The translations under genes were made by a program, and so were the position numbers. The notes beneath the pieces were generated by a model. It was not told the DNA's origin. It saw only the letters and a list, made by a program, of their open reading frames with translations, and made no database searches. Shown here in pieces: positions 1 through 8,735 of a stretch of 34,048 nucleotides of DNA. The DNA comes from Minisyncoccota bacterium (lineage in GTDB: Bacteria > Patescibacteriota > Minisyncoccia > UBA6257 > GWB1-50-10), in NCBI GenBank assembly GCA_040880505.1, contig JBBDIH010000132.1:1-34048 (forward strand). Direction: 5' to 3'. Numbering within the stretch: position 1 is the stretch's first letter; every line of letters begins with the position of its first letter.

Positions 1-435
1 CCAGCGGTTTGATGTTGTATAATGTTCTGCTCCACAAAATGGCCACATATCATGCAATGTCCAAACGATTGGTTTTTGTATTTTTCCAAGATCTGCTATT
101 GAGATCATTTCATTGTTCACCCAATGCAGATGAATAATATCCGCATCCGATTTATTTAGAAATGAATGCCATCCGGAAGGTAGAATGGCCGGAGAGCAGT
201 TGTATTTACTATCAAAAAGGAGATCTGTACCTGTGTGAGTAAGTTCTTTCCGTATTAAACCATATAGTGAATGCCAACGTGATTTCGCGCCTAAAACAGA
301 ATGATCCATCTTTCTTGAAATAGTAACCTGCATCAAACTATCAACATTCCGTTCTCTTAAAGCTTCATGTATTCTATAAGCCGCCCTGGACGCACCGCCT
401 GAATAATCTGAATGACTGATTGAGAGTATCTTCAT
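1..435 (-). CDS. GT4 glycosyltransferase, WcaC-like (3' end runs off the window)
   Basis: Not in the ORF track; translated by hand from ATG at 435: MKILSISHSDYSGGASRAAYRIHEAL...DIIHLHWVNNEMISIADLGKIQKPIVWTLHDMWPFCGAEHY. The GGAxRAAYR and WTLHDMW motifs are typical of WcaC-type GT4 N-terminal domains. Confidence 0.88.
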   Translation of the reverse strand, partial: MKILSISHSDYSGGASRAAYRIHEALRERNVDSLMQVTISRKMDHSVLGAKSRWHSLYGLIRKELTHTGTDLLFDSKYNCSPAILPSGWHSFLNKSDADIIHLHWVNNEMISIADLGKIQKPIVWTLHDMWPFCGAEHYTTSNRW

Positions 436-472
436 GATTTTATTAATCTCATCTAATTCACAAAAATAACAT

Positions 473-2236
473 TTACCGACTCCATCCCGACAAAAAATAG
501 CGAAGTGTGAACATCAGGTTGGTATTTTTGTCGTCTTTCAAATGTCTTTGCCAACGATTATCCAATGATGTGAGCCTTAAATCTGCCTGAAGTTCTAAAT
601 TCCAGGGCAGAAATAGGAGTGAATGAAATCCATATCGTAATTCAATTTCATGCAGCGCATGCATTCTTGCTGATTCCCGGAATTGCACACTTCTGAAATA
701 CTCTTTGTTATCAAAAAGTCGGTCTTCATGCCATGCAATCCGGGTGAATGAGGCCCCAATCATTCCCAAAGGATGATAGAGTGAAAGTTTTGCATGTTGT
801 GCAGATGATCCGGGGCCGATACCGGCTCCCAAAAATTGCCCTTTTTGAGTATATCCCTGGATCACATGTTCATCTGTGTACCAGGTATTTCGATCATCTC
901 TAAACTGCGAACTAATCGATGAATTCTCAAGGGTTGACAATTCTGTATTCAGAACTAATTTCATATTTTTTGGCAGAGAAAAACGTTTCAAGAGCCCTAT
1001 TGTATAAGCTCTATTGAGCTCCGGTTCTGCCAACAAATCCCTGATTGTACGCTTATCATTGTTGACTCCCACTTCACCATATGCCTCAAACCCGGCCTCC
1101 GGAAAGTGCCATCGAAAAAAGAGAGACGTCATGGCAACATGATAATCGTGCAATGCCACGGTTTCACCATCCTGATTTATTTCTTTTGGGGGTTTAAATG
1201 CCATGAACAGATCCCCTGCTGAAAAAGAAACACCCCTGGCAGCAGAATAGGCAACCCTTGCAACACCCACATTAAGCCCCGGAACTGCATGATGGGAATA
1301 GTTCATGGTAATACCGGTAATATAGCGCCGATCATTTTCCGGATTCTCATCAAAAAACTCTGATTCCTGCAATCCACCCCAAAACCAATAGAATTCAAAC
1401 TGACCGATTTTTGATTGATAGGGTTTTTGAGTACCCAGAAAACCATGCAAAAAACCCGGTGCATTATTTCCAAGAATGAGCGGGTTTTTTAGAGATGGCC
1501 CTATCCAGAGATGTTCATTCGAAATACCTGCCCTTAAACCATAGTGTTGTAATTGAATGACAGAGTTACCCAAATCAAAATTGGATATTGATTCTTCACC
1601 AAATCGCTGAGGGGCATCAATCCAGGTCAGTTGCATAGCGTATCGAGATAAGCCGGGTTTTTTAGGTGCCCCGGTTATTTCTAAAAAATCATTTTGGTTA
1701 TATACAAAAGCAGGCCGAAAGGCTATTTTTAAAGGGCCGTTTTCATATCCAATACCCATTGAAAAGAGTGTGTTATTACCTACCCCCTGCCAAAGAGCAC
1801 CGGTATTTTCTCCAACATCCAGTTGGTTATTGTGTGACAGTAATAATGATGGTGAATAGATCTTTAACTTATCTGAGAAAATCGTTGGTGAAGCTGAACT
1901 TCTGAACCAGTTATGATCCTGCCATGGATGGGAAACAGGCAATTCTCCTTGTGCGTATTGCGAGTTCGACGAACGAAAATTCCATGTAATATTGCCTATT
2001 GCATTTTGATCTTCGGGTATGACGCGGAGATAGTGTTCTAATGGGTCGTTTATGGTGAGGGATTGGGCGTGGGTTGAGGTTGAGGTTAAGGTTAAGGTTG
2101 AGGTTAAGATTGAGATTAAGATTAGGTAGTTTAGGAGTTTAGGAGTTGAGGAGTTTAGGGGATGTTGAGGGTTTAGGGTTGGGGGTTTAGGGTTTAGTTT
2201 GTTTTTTGATGTGAAAATTTGGCCAATTTTCTTCAT
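473..2236 (-). CDS. Capsule assembly Wzi-family outer-membrane beta-barrel protein (paralog 1)
   Basis: Signal peptide ending THA|Q; GALWQGxGxN, WIGPxxxNPLILGNNAPGF and GQxLGAGIGPG motifs; aromatic C-terminal strand. Start is either ATG 2236 (hairpin loop) or ATG 2329 (ATGA overlap with the upstream stop); both are in frame. Confidence 0.75.
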   Translation of the reverse strand: MKKIGQIFTSKNKLNPKPPTLNPQHPLNSSTPKLLNYLILISILTSTLTLTSTSTHAQSLTINDPLEHYLRVIPEDQNAIGNITWNFRSSNSQYAQGELPVSHPWQDHNWFRSSASPTIFSDKLKIYSPSLLLSHNNQLDVGENTGALWQGVGNNTLFSMGIGYENGPLKIAFRPAFVYNQNDFLEITGAPKKPGLSRYAMQLTWIDAPQRFGEESISNFDLGNSVIQLQHYGLRAGISNEHLWIGPSLKNPLILGNNAPGFLHGFLGTQKPYQSKIGQFEFYWFWGGLQESEFFDENPENDRRYITGITMNYSHHAVPGLNVGVARVAYSAARGVSFSAGDLFMAFKPPKEINQDGETVALHDYHVAMTSLFFRWHFPEAGFEAYGEVGVNNDKRTIRDLLAEPELNRAYTIGLLKRFSLPKNMKLVLNTELSTLENSSISSQFRDDRNTWYTDEHVIQGYTQKGQFLGAGIGPGSSAQHAKLSLYHPLGMIGASFTRIAWHEDRLFDNKEYFRSVQFRESARMHALHEIELRYGFHSLLFLPWNLELQADLRLTSLDNRWQRHLKDDKNTNLMFTLRYFLSGWSR

Positions 2237-2336
2237 TTTACAGATCAGAACTCCTAAACTCCTAAACTTCTCAACCCCTAAACTCCACATCTCCTCAACC
2301 TTAACCTTAACCTCAATCTTAACCCTCATCTCAACC
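2072..2336. repeat. Nested inverted-repeat element built from tandem hexamer, octamer and heptamer arrays
   Basis: Left arm: 9x G(G/A)TT(G/A)A-type hexamers (2072-2125), 4x AGTT(T/G)AGG (2128-2159), about 4-5x TTTAGGG-like (2165-2197). Right arm: about 4.5x AACTCCTA-like (2249-2286), about 6x T(T/C)AA(C/T)C (2295-2336). Confidence 0.92.
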
Positions 2337-4113
2337 ACCCCTCTAAATGTTTTCTCACTGTGATTTCAAAACGGGCATTCACTTTGTCGTTGTAGCGAAC
2401 ATAGTTGTGATTCATGATAAAACTCAGATCGAGTGCTGCAGAAATTTCTAAATCATTGGACAGAAAACGGGTTGCACTTAATCCTGCCATCAGCTCGATA
2501 TTACGTACTTCCCAGCGTTCAATATCCGGATCGTTCACTCTGCGAATAGCAGAAAAAAAATCATCCACAAATACATCTGCGTAACTGATTCTCGCAAATT
2601 TCAATCCATAACTTCCTTTTGGGTGAAACAGATGAGTACTCAATACCTGAGTTTGACTTACCTGTCCAATACCGGCACCAACGATCTGTCCCCGGTTGGT
2701 GAATCCAAAATTGGGGTAGCGGTGTATGTACCATCGCCCTAAGGGCCCTGCTTCCCATGGATTACCTCCTCGCGTTAAGGTTGTTCGGTTGGCATTGAGC
2801 TGTGTGGTTTCAATATTTATGGAAAGCAACCTGTTTCCGGAAAGCGACATTGTTTTCAGTAAGCCGAACAGATAGGCCCGATGGTGGTCCGGTTGCAATC
2901 GAAAATCACGCCAATCCATATTATAGTCATTTCGTCCGAATTCACCATACACTTCAAAACCATAACCCGGAAGAACCCAGCGATAGTAGATGGATGCCAT
3001 CTGATTTGATTCTGTCGTTTCAGTACGGTCTTCTTCTGAAGGCAGATTATCTCTTAATACCGCCTCAAAAACTTTTTTTACCTGTGTCCATTTACCTGAA
3101 AACCCGGCCGGATAACGATCCATAAAAAGCCTGTTGAATCCGATGGTTAACCCATTCATAAATGAAGGGGAATAGGCTATATGAAGGGAAACTATGCTGT
3201 TCAGATTGTCACCAGGACGGTCATCCAGCCAATCCGATTTCTGAAGGGCACCATATTGATATTTAAACTCGAAATCACCAATCGGTGACACCAAGGGGCG
3301 ATAGGTAGCCAGATGAACATGTTTAAAGCCCGGCGCATTATAACTGAAAAAAAGCGGATTATGGATCGCAGGTCCGGTCCAGAACCGTGCATTGGAGAAT
3401 CCTGCTTTCAATCCCCACATCCGCAGTTCAGCATAACTGTCTCCAGGGTCAAACCAAGAATACGGATCGGGGCCGAATCTGCGAACATTGTCAATCCTAC
3501 GTATCGGAGTGGAATATTCAAAAACCCCCGATGGCATTTGCAGATCTCCCAAATCAAAATCAGCATTTTGAACAAAGCCTACTTGCGGTTGAAACCGAAT
3601 ATGCAACGGCCCCCAATTGGCCAAAATACCTGCTGAAAGAGCCGTATTATACCCTTTTCCTTGCCAGATCGCACCGTCATTGACACCCCGCGGAAGCGTG
3701 GAATTCCACGACTGAAACCATACCGGTTCAATCAATGCATACCGGATGCCGGCCGGCCCTTCCTTTCCTGCATCCAGAAAACGGTTAGTCATCAACTGCC
3801 AAGGATGTATTGTTTCGTCATTAATCTTTCGTGATGGAGTAAAAGGCCTTAGAGTAAAGGAAGCCGTTTCATCTACAGTTCCATTTAACTGAAGCAGCCT
3901 GTAATAATACTCCAACGGATCTCCTGTCGGCAGGTCGGATTTTATTTGGGCGTTGATTACCGTTGGGAAGAATAGGAGTGATATGAGGAAGCATAGCTTT
4001 TTGATCTCAGATTGGAGATTGGAGATTGGAGATCTCAGATGTGTCAACTCAAAACTAAACCATAAACACTTCTCAGATCGCATATCTCCAATCTGAAATC
4101 TGAGATCAATCAT
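2326..4113 (-). CDS. Capsule assembly Wzi-family outer-membrane beta-barrel protein (paralog 2)
   Basis: Same motifs as paralog 1 (GAIWQGKGYN, WTGPAIHNPLFFSYNAPGF, RGQIVGAGIG); signal peptide ending INA|Q. Start uncertain: ATG 4116/4113 overlapping the wzz stop, ATG 4083, or TTG 4047. Confidence 0.75.
   Translation of the reverse strand: MIDLRFQIGDMRSEKCLWFSFELTHLRSPISNLQSEIKKLCFLISLLFFPTVINAQIKSDLPTGDPLEYYYRLLQLNGTVDETASFTLRPFTPSRKINDETIHPWQLMTNRFLDAGKEGPAGIRYALIEPVWFQSWNSTLPRGVNDGAIWQGKGYNTALSAGILANWGPLHIRFQPQVGFVQNADFDLGDLQMPSGVFEYSTPIRRIDNVRRFGPDPYSWFDPGDSYAELRMWGLKAGFSNARFWTGPAIHNPLFFSYNAPGFKHVHLATYRPLVSPIGDFEFKYQYGALQKSDWLDDRPGDNLNSIVSLHIAYSPSFMNGLTIGFNRLFMDRYPAGFSGKWTQVKKVFEAVLRDNLPSEEDRTETTESNQMASIYYRWVLPGYGFEVYGEFGRNDYNMDWRDFRLQPDHHRAYLFGLLKTMSLSGNRLLSINIETTQLNANRTTLTRGGNPWEAGPLGRWYIHRYPNFGFTNRGQIVGAGIGQVSQTQVLSTHLFHPKGSYGLKFARISYADVFVDDFFSAIRRVNDPDIERWEVRNIELMAGLSATRFLSNDLEISAALDLSFIMNHNYVRYNDKVNARFEITVRKHLEGWLR
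4001..4109. repeat. Inverted repeat of GAGATTG-type heptamer arrays (38-bp arms, 33-nt loop)
   Basis: 4001-4038 ttgatct-cagattg-gagattg-gagattg-gagatct-cag versus the reverse complement of 4072-4109 ttgatct-cagattt-cagattg-gagatat-gcgatct-gag; 32/38 match by hand count. Confidence 0.9.
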
Positions 4114-5344
4114 CATCTTCCACTGCTTCGGGCTTATACGCCTGATAAAGCCTATTGATAGTAACATACCCTGCGCCCCAGATGAAACCTATCAGGACTG
4201 ATATTATGGTTGTGCTGACCGGATTGGGGCGAACCGGGCGTGATGGTACTTGTGCGGGATCTACTTCGGTAAAAAGCGGGGTATCTTCACGTAACCTCAT
4301 TCGGGTTTCTTCTACCTGGCGTGACCAAGTGCTATAGATATTGAATGCGAGGTCGTAATCATTCTGAAGCCTCTGGCGTTCAATCTGTGCCATGGCGGTC
4401 AGGTTGCCACGATTGCGGTCAGTAAAATCAGCCAGTGCTATCTGAGCCTGTTCATATCGTTCACGACTCACCTCATACTGCTCTTCGAGGAAATTAAGCT
4501 GATCACGCGTTTTCCGGACTTCAAAATTGATCATTTCCTGCATCAGGATATCAGTAGCCAGAGATGCGAGATCGGCAGCCGCATAAGCATCGGGCATTCG
4601 GGCTGAGACTTTCATAACTCCATCTTCATTTAAAATGACGATACGATCTGCAAGTTCTTCAATGATTCCATTCATGCCTGATTTAGGTACAAAAAAGGGC
4701 CTTCGCATTCGAACATCATCCTCTACAACCGGATTGTCCTGTGACATCAACTCCTCTTCCGATCTATTTTCTTCATTGTCAGACGTGATGATCTCCTCTT
4801 CTGCAGGCAATTGAACCGAAGCCGGATTCATGAAAGAGAGCAACCTTCTTGGAAAATTAATGATCGTCCTTAAAGAGCTAATGATAAATGGATCCTGATA
4901 CACATTCCGGAAATAGTCATAGGCGGACATCTCTTCGTATTGATAAAAACGGAGCGGTTCTTCGGCAAGTTTGGAACCCACCGGATATGTGGAGATCAGC
5001 ATGGGAAGCATGCTCTCCGAAACTAATTGTCCGCCCATACCGCCGGGAATATCATTCAGGTTAATCCCGGCCAGCCCGGCCAGTCCACCCAGGTTGCCGC
5101 TAACACCGCCGGCCCCTGCTCTTGTATAGGTCAGGATTGAATTTTCAGCCTCATACTCTTTCCCCATACTGTAATCGATGATCAGTCCCAAAACAAGGGT
5201 CACAGCCACGACAATCAGGATTCGGTTTTTTTCACCCCACAGAAGGGAGAAGAGCTGTTTGATTTTTACGATTAGTTCACCAATGGTTATTTCATCGTTG
5301 TAGATTTCATTTACGGTTTTGTCTGATTTATTATTCTTACTCAC
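4106..5344 (-). CDS. wzz: Polysaccharide co-polymerase / chain-length determinant (Wzz/GumC-like, GNVR-type C-terminus)
   Basis: N-terminal DEITIGEL plus TM helix, GGLAGLAGINL motif, coiled-coil region, VDPAQVPSRPVRP followed by a C-terminal TM helix; GTG start. Confidence 0.82.
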   Translation of the reverse strand: MSKNNKSDKTVNEIYNDEITIGELIVKIKQLFSLLWGEKNRILIVVAVTLVLGLIIDYSMGKEYEAENSILTYTRAGAGGVSGNLGGLAGLAGINLNDIPGGMGGQLVSESMLPMLISTYPVGSKLAEEPLRFYQYEEMSAYDYFRNVYQDPFIISSLRTIINFPRRLLSFMNPASVQLPAEEEIITSDNEENRSEEELMSQDNPVVEDDVRMRRPFFVPKSGMNGIIEELADRIVILNEDGVMKVSARMPDAYAAADLASLATDILMQEMINFEVRKTRDQLNFLEEQYEVSRERYEQAQIALADFTDRNRGNLTAMAQIERQRLQNDYDLAFNIYSTWSRQVEETRMRLREDTPLFTEVDPAQVPSRPVRPNPVSTTIISVLIGFIWGAGYVTINRLYQAYKPEAVEDDD

Positions 5345-5410
5345 GCATAGGTTTTTAGAGATTCTTCAGGTAGTACTACAATTTCTATGATCCTAAACAG
5401 ATCAAACGGA

Positions 5411-5440
5411 CTAAAAATAATAAAATTTTAAGACTAACAA
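5411..5440 (-). promoter_or_regulatory. Possible Bacteroidota-type sigma70 promoter upstream of the wzz-wzi-wzi block
   Basis: Minus strand TTG-N18-TATTTTTAG resembles the -33 TTG / -7 TAnnTTTG consensus. It lies in an AT-rich intergenic gap, so it may be chance. Confidence 0.25.
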
Positions 5441-5517
5441 GAGTGTAAAATTTTTCATGCTACACTAAATGATATTTTATCATAGTCAAGGATAAAATCA
5501 AAAATAGTGAAAAATGA

Positions 5518-6654
5518 TCACTTCTCATTTTCACTATTTTCTGCAAGCACCTCTTCATAAACCTTATATGTCTGTTCAAACATTCTGTCGAAAGTAAAGT
5601 GATCTTCATAACGTTTCCGGCCGGCTTTTCCCATTTTTTGCCTTAAACCTGCATCCTCAATCAACAATTTCAATTTTCCTCTTAACATACCAACATCACC
5701 TCTGGCAATCGAAAAGCCGGTTTCACCTTCTACAATCGCTTCCGCCGCGCCGCCTACATCCGAAACGATTACAGGTAATCCGGCACGCATAGCCTCAAGT
5801 GTAGATCGGGGGAACCCTTCCCAGTTTGAGATGAGAGTAAATATCTGAGATTTGGACAATATCTCTGCTACCTCCTCACTTCGGCCGTAAAATGTAATAT
5901 GATCAAGACATCCAAATTGGCCTGCAACTTTCCGGATTTCATGAAGCAACGGGCCATCTCCAACCAGGTGCAGATGATATCCTGTCAAATTTTTTAGTGC
6001 TTTAAGCAAAGTAATATGATCTTTTGGCTGATCGAACCTGGCAGTCATACAAATATTTACAGGTGCAGATTTTTCTGGATATGCCATCAAAAAAGACTCT
6101 ACATCGGGCATTCCATTATGTATAGTCTTCAATAAACCTTTCTGAACAGGAAGTTGATACAATCCAATTGAACAATCATAATCTGAAACACAAATGATAG
6201 AATCCGATTTTTTTGCAACAATTCCCTCAAGATTCTTGAATAACCATCTCTTGAATCCATTTTTACCACCTGTAAACGACCATCCGTGCGCTGTAAAGAT
6301 CACCGGTATTCCAAGTGAATGTGCTGCAAGACGGCCCAGAAAACCAATTTTTGAAGAATGTGCTGAAACAATATCCGGATTCAAATTCCGAATCAACTTC
6401 TTCAGTTCTCTATAAACCTTTACATCTTTTAGTGGTCGAATCTCCCGTTCAAGTTCAGTAATTGAATGATAGGTGATGTGTAGTTCATTCAAGTGATCGG
6501 CAAAATATCCTTCTTTCCCAAGTAATACTATCGGTTGTTCACCAGTATCCATCAATTTCAAACAGAGATCTCGAACATGAATACTTGAACCGCCAATGGT
6601 ATCGGACCTTGTTAATAGGAAAAGTATTTTTATTGGTCGACCTGTAGTGTTCAA
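5518..6654 (-). CDS. GT4 glycosyltransferase
   Basis: HSSKIG, FTAHGWSF, ARFDQPKDH and the EX7E motif EGFPRSTLEAM...SDVGG. Confidence 0.92.
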   Translation of the reverse strand: MNTTGRPIKILFLLTRSDTIGGSSIHVRDLCLKLMDTGEQPIVLLGKEGYFADHLNELHITYHSITELEREIRPLKDVKVYRELKKLIRNLNPDIVSAHSSKIGFLGRLAAHSLGIPVIFTAHGWSFTGGKNGFKRWLFKNLEGIVAKKSDSIICVSDYDCSIGLYQLPVQKGLLKTIHNGMPDVESFLMAYPEKSAPVNICMTARFDQPKDHITLLKALKNLTGYHLHLVGDGPLLHEIRKVAGQFGCLDHITFYGRSEEVAEILSKSQIFTLISNWEGFPRSTLEAMRAGLPVIVSDVGGAAEAIVEGETGFSIARGDVGMLRGKLKLLIEDAGLRQKMGKAGRKRYEDHFTFDRMFEQTYKVYEEVLAENSENEK

Positions 6655-6821
6655 CTAAAAAAATTTAAATATCTATTATTCACAGGCATCAACACATACA
6701 TGAACTGATATACACACCTATTTGATTATGTTAATTTGCAACTCATCATACTAACGCAATATTACACACGATGATATAAGTTCATAATGTAGCCATATTA
6801 AAGAGCATGACACTTAAGTAG

Positions 6822-7508
6822 CTATTTTTTAGCTATAATGAATATTTCCTTTTCTGGCCTAATTATTTGCAATGTATTTCTTATTATTTTGTAAGCTAAT
6901 TCATTCATATTTAATTTATGACTTAACATAGCAGCATATCTATCGTATCCAGTTCTCAACACCTTAACATCATTTATGTTGAATCCACATTTCATTATTA
7001 AATTAGATAATGTTTGAGGTGTCCAAGAAAATATATGCGCATTGATATCATTTATATTTATCTGTGTAGAAATATCTCTTTCAAATGGCACTACCAATAT
7101 TAATATTCCATTTTTTTTCAAACTTTTATATATATTTGAAATAGTATCACATGGCGATGGCACATGCTCTAAAACATGATGGCAAATACATACATCAAAT
7201 GAGTCATCCGGTATCTCATTTTCTACCTCAATAAACTTAATATTATTTTTTATATACTTGTCCTTGTTAACACTTGAAATGTCATAAGCGAATTTATGTT
7301 TATTTTTGAGTTTATATAAATTCCACCCAGCACCAGCGCCATACTCTAAAATAACATCGTTATCTTTTATATACCTTTCAAATTTTTTCGCTCTGACTTC
7401 TGAAACCCAAGGGATTAGTTCATCATGCAGTTTTCGTTTTATAAGATGATATTTATCGCCCGAACTTCCAATATAATGGTTCTTTATATTTTTTTTAAAA
7501 TCTGTCAT
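6822..7508 (-). CDS. Class I SAM-dependent methyltransferase
   Basis: Motif I ILEYGAGAG; FDVCICHHVLEHV; LKKNGILILVVP. Confidence 0.88.
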   Translation of the reverse strand: MTDFKKNIKNHYIGSSGDKYHLIKRKLHDELIPWVSEVRAKKFERYIKDNDVILEYGAGAGWNLYKLKNKHKFAYDISSVNKDKYIKNNIKFIEVENEIPDDSFDVCICHHVLEHVPSPCDTISNIYKSLKKNGILILVVPFERDISTQININDINAHIFSWTPQTLSNLIMKCGFNINDVKVLRTGYDRYAAMLSHKLNMNELAYKIIRNTLQIIRPEKEIFIIAKK

Positions 7509-7523
7509 TTACTATAAATTTCA

Positions 7524-8690
7524 TTATTCAATAGATTCTAATATATCCATTAAAAATTTATCTCTTTTTTTCTCCAGTTTATCCTTTCTGTAGTGTTTTG
7601 ATGTTTCAAAGTTTACCCGTGCTTCTTGTAGCATTGTCTTCTCGCTACTTAGCATCCTCTTCATTTGTCCACCCAATTCATTGTAATCACCGGGTTTGTG
7701 CAACCACCTTTTATTAACAACTTCCGGTGTCCCTCCCGCTGCTGATGCCAGGACAGGGCATCCCCGACTCATCGCTTCAATCACCGCCCTAGGCAAACCT
7801 TCTGTCAAACTTGGATGAATGTAAATATCAATGTTATCCAACCATTCAAATACTAGCTCACCAGCAGGTAGATTGCCATCAAATTTTACTCTGCGATCAA
7901 CCCTGAATTTTTTGGCAATCGACTCATAAAAGGCAGTGTCTCCAGCTCCCAATATACGGTATTCAAAATCGACATTATCCAGTGTTGCCATAGCTTTTAT
8001 TGCAATATGAATTCCTTTATATCTCGTTTTTAATGATCCAATGGTTCCAAAAGTAATTGTTTGTTTCTGAGTTTTAATTCGCTTTACACGAGAAGAAAGT
8101 ACTTCTTCAGTAGGCTGAAGAATCTCTACATTGGAAATATTTGTAACGGTTGCCACTTTTTTTGGGGGGTATCGATTTTGCAGAAAATTTTTCGATACAT
8201 ATACTATAAAATCCGATGTTGCTACAGCTTTTTTCATTCTAATATATGCTATCGGGGCATATATTTTTGCTTGTAAAGAACCATAGTTCCAATATGAATC
8301 CCACGCACAACCTACAACTTCAACTCCATACGGTATTTTCAAAAGCTCTGCTAACTGAATAGCCATTAATCCATATTCACTCGGTAGTCTGACTATAACA
8401 GCATTTGCATTTTGCACTAATTTTCCAAGTCTTTCTTTTTCGGAATTATAATTCATATAATAATTTCTTAGTCCAGAAATATTTTTACCAAAAACAAAAG
8501 AAATACTCGGTCCTATTGAAACCGACATATTTTGTGGTTTCTTATCAACTTTTTTAAGTCGTCCCCATACAGTCAACTCATCAAATACTTTTAAGTATCT
8601 ATTTAAGATAGTAGTGGGAAATTTTTGCGAGTATATAGTTCCTTTGTATTGATTAAAATAGTGATCATGAACAAACAGTAGTCTTTTCAT
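7524..8690 (-). CDS. GT4 glycosyltransferase
   Basis: YKG and EGLPRAVIEAMSRGCPVLAS-AGGTPE motifs. Confidence 0.9.
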   Translation of the reverse strand: MKRLLFVHDHYFNQYKGTIYSQKFPTTILNRYLKVFDELTVWGRLKKVDKKPQNMSVSIGPSISFVFGKNISGLRNYYMNYNSEKERLGKLVQNANAVIVRLPSEYGLMAIQLAELLKIPYGVEVVGCAWDSYWNYGSLQAKIYAPIAYIRMKKAVATSDFIVYVSKNFLQNRYPPKKVATVTNISNVEILQPTEEVLSSRVKRIKTQKQTITFGTIGSLKTRYKGIHIAIKAMATLDNVDFEYRILGAGDTAFYESIAKKFRVDRRVKFDGNLPAGELVFEWLDNIDIYIHPSLTEGLPRAVIEAMSRGCPVLASAAGGTPEVVNKRWLHKPGDYNELGGQMKRMLSSEKTMLQEARVNFETSKHYRKDKLEKKRDKFLMDILESIE

Positions 8691-8735
8691 AATACAATGC
8701 AGACAAATTGTGTAGCAGGTTCATACACTCTTATA

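Noticed and set aside
2072-2336. CRISPR array
   Set aside because: Units are 6-8 nt and tandem with no unique spacers; no cas genes in the window.
4117-4167. ORF-track start at 4167 for Wzi paralog 2
   Set aside because: It overlaps about 60 nt of the wzz C-terminus; starts at 4116/4113 or later are more plausible.
5388-5404. Small hairpin tgatc-ctaaaca-gatca containing a CTAAAC motif
   Set aside because: A 5-bp stem and a single unit are expected by chance; it cannot be tied to the repeat family.
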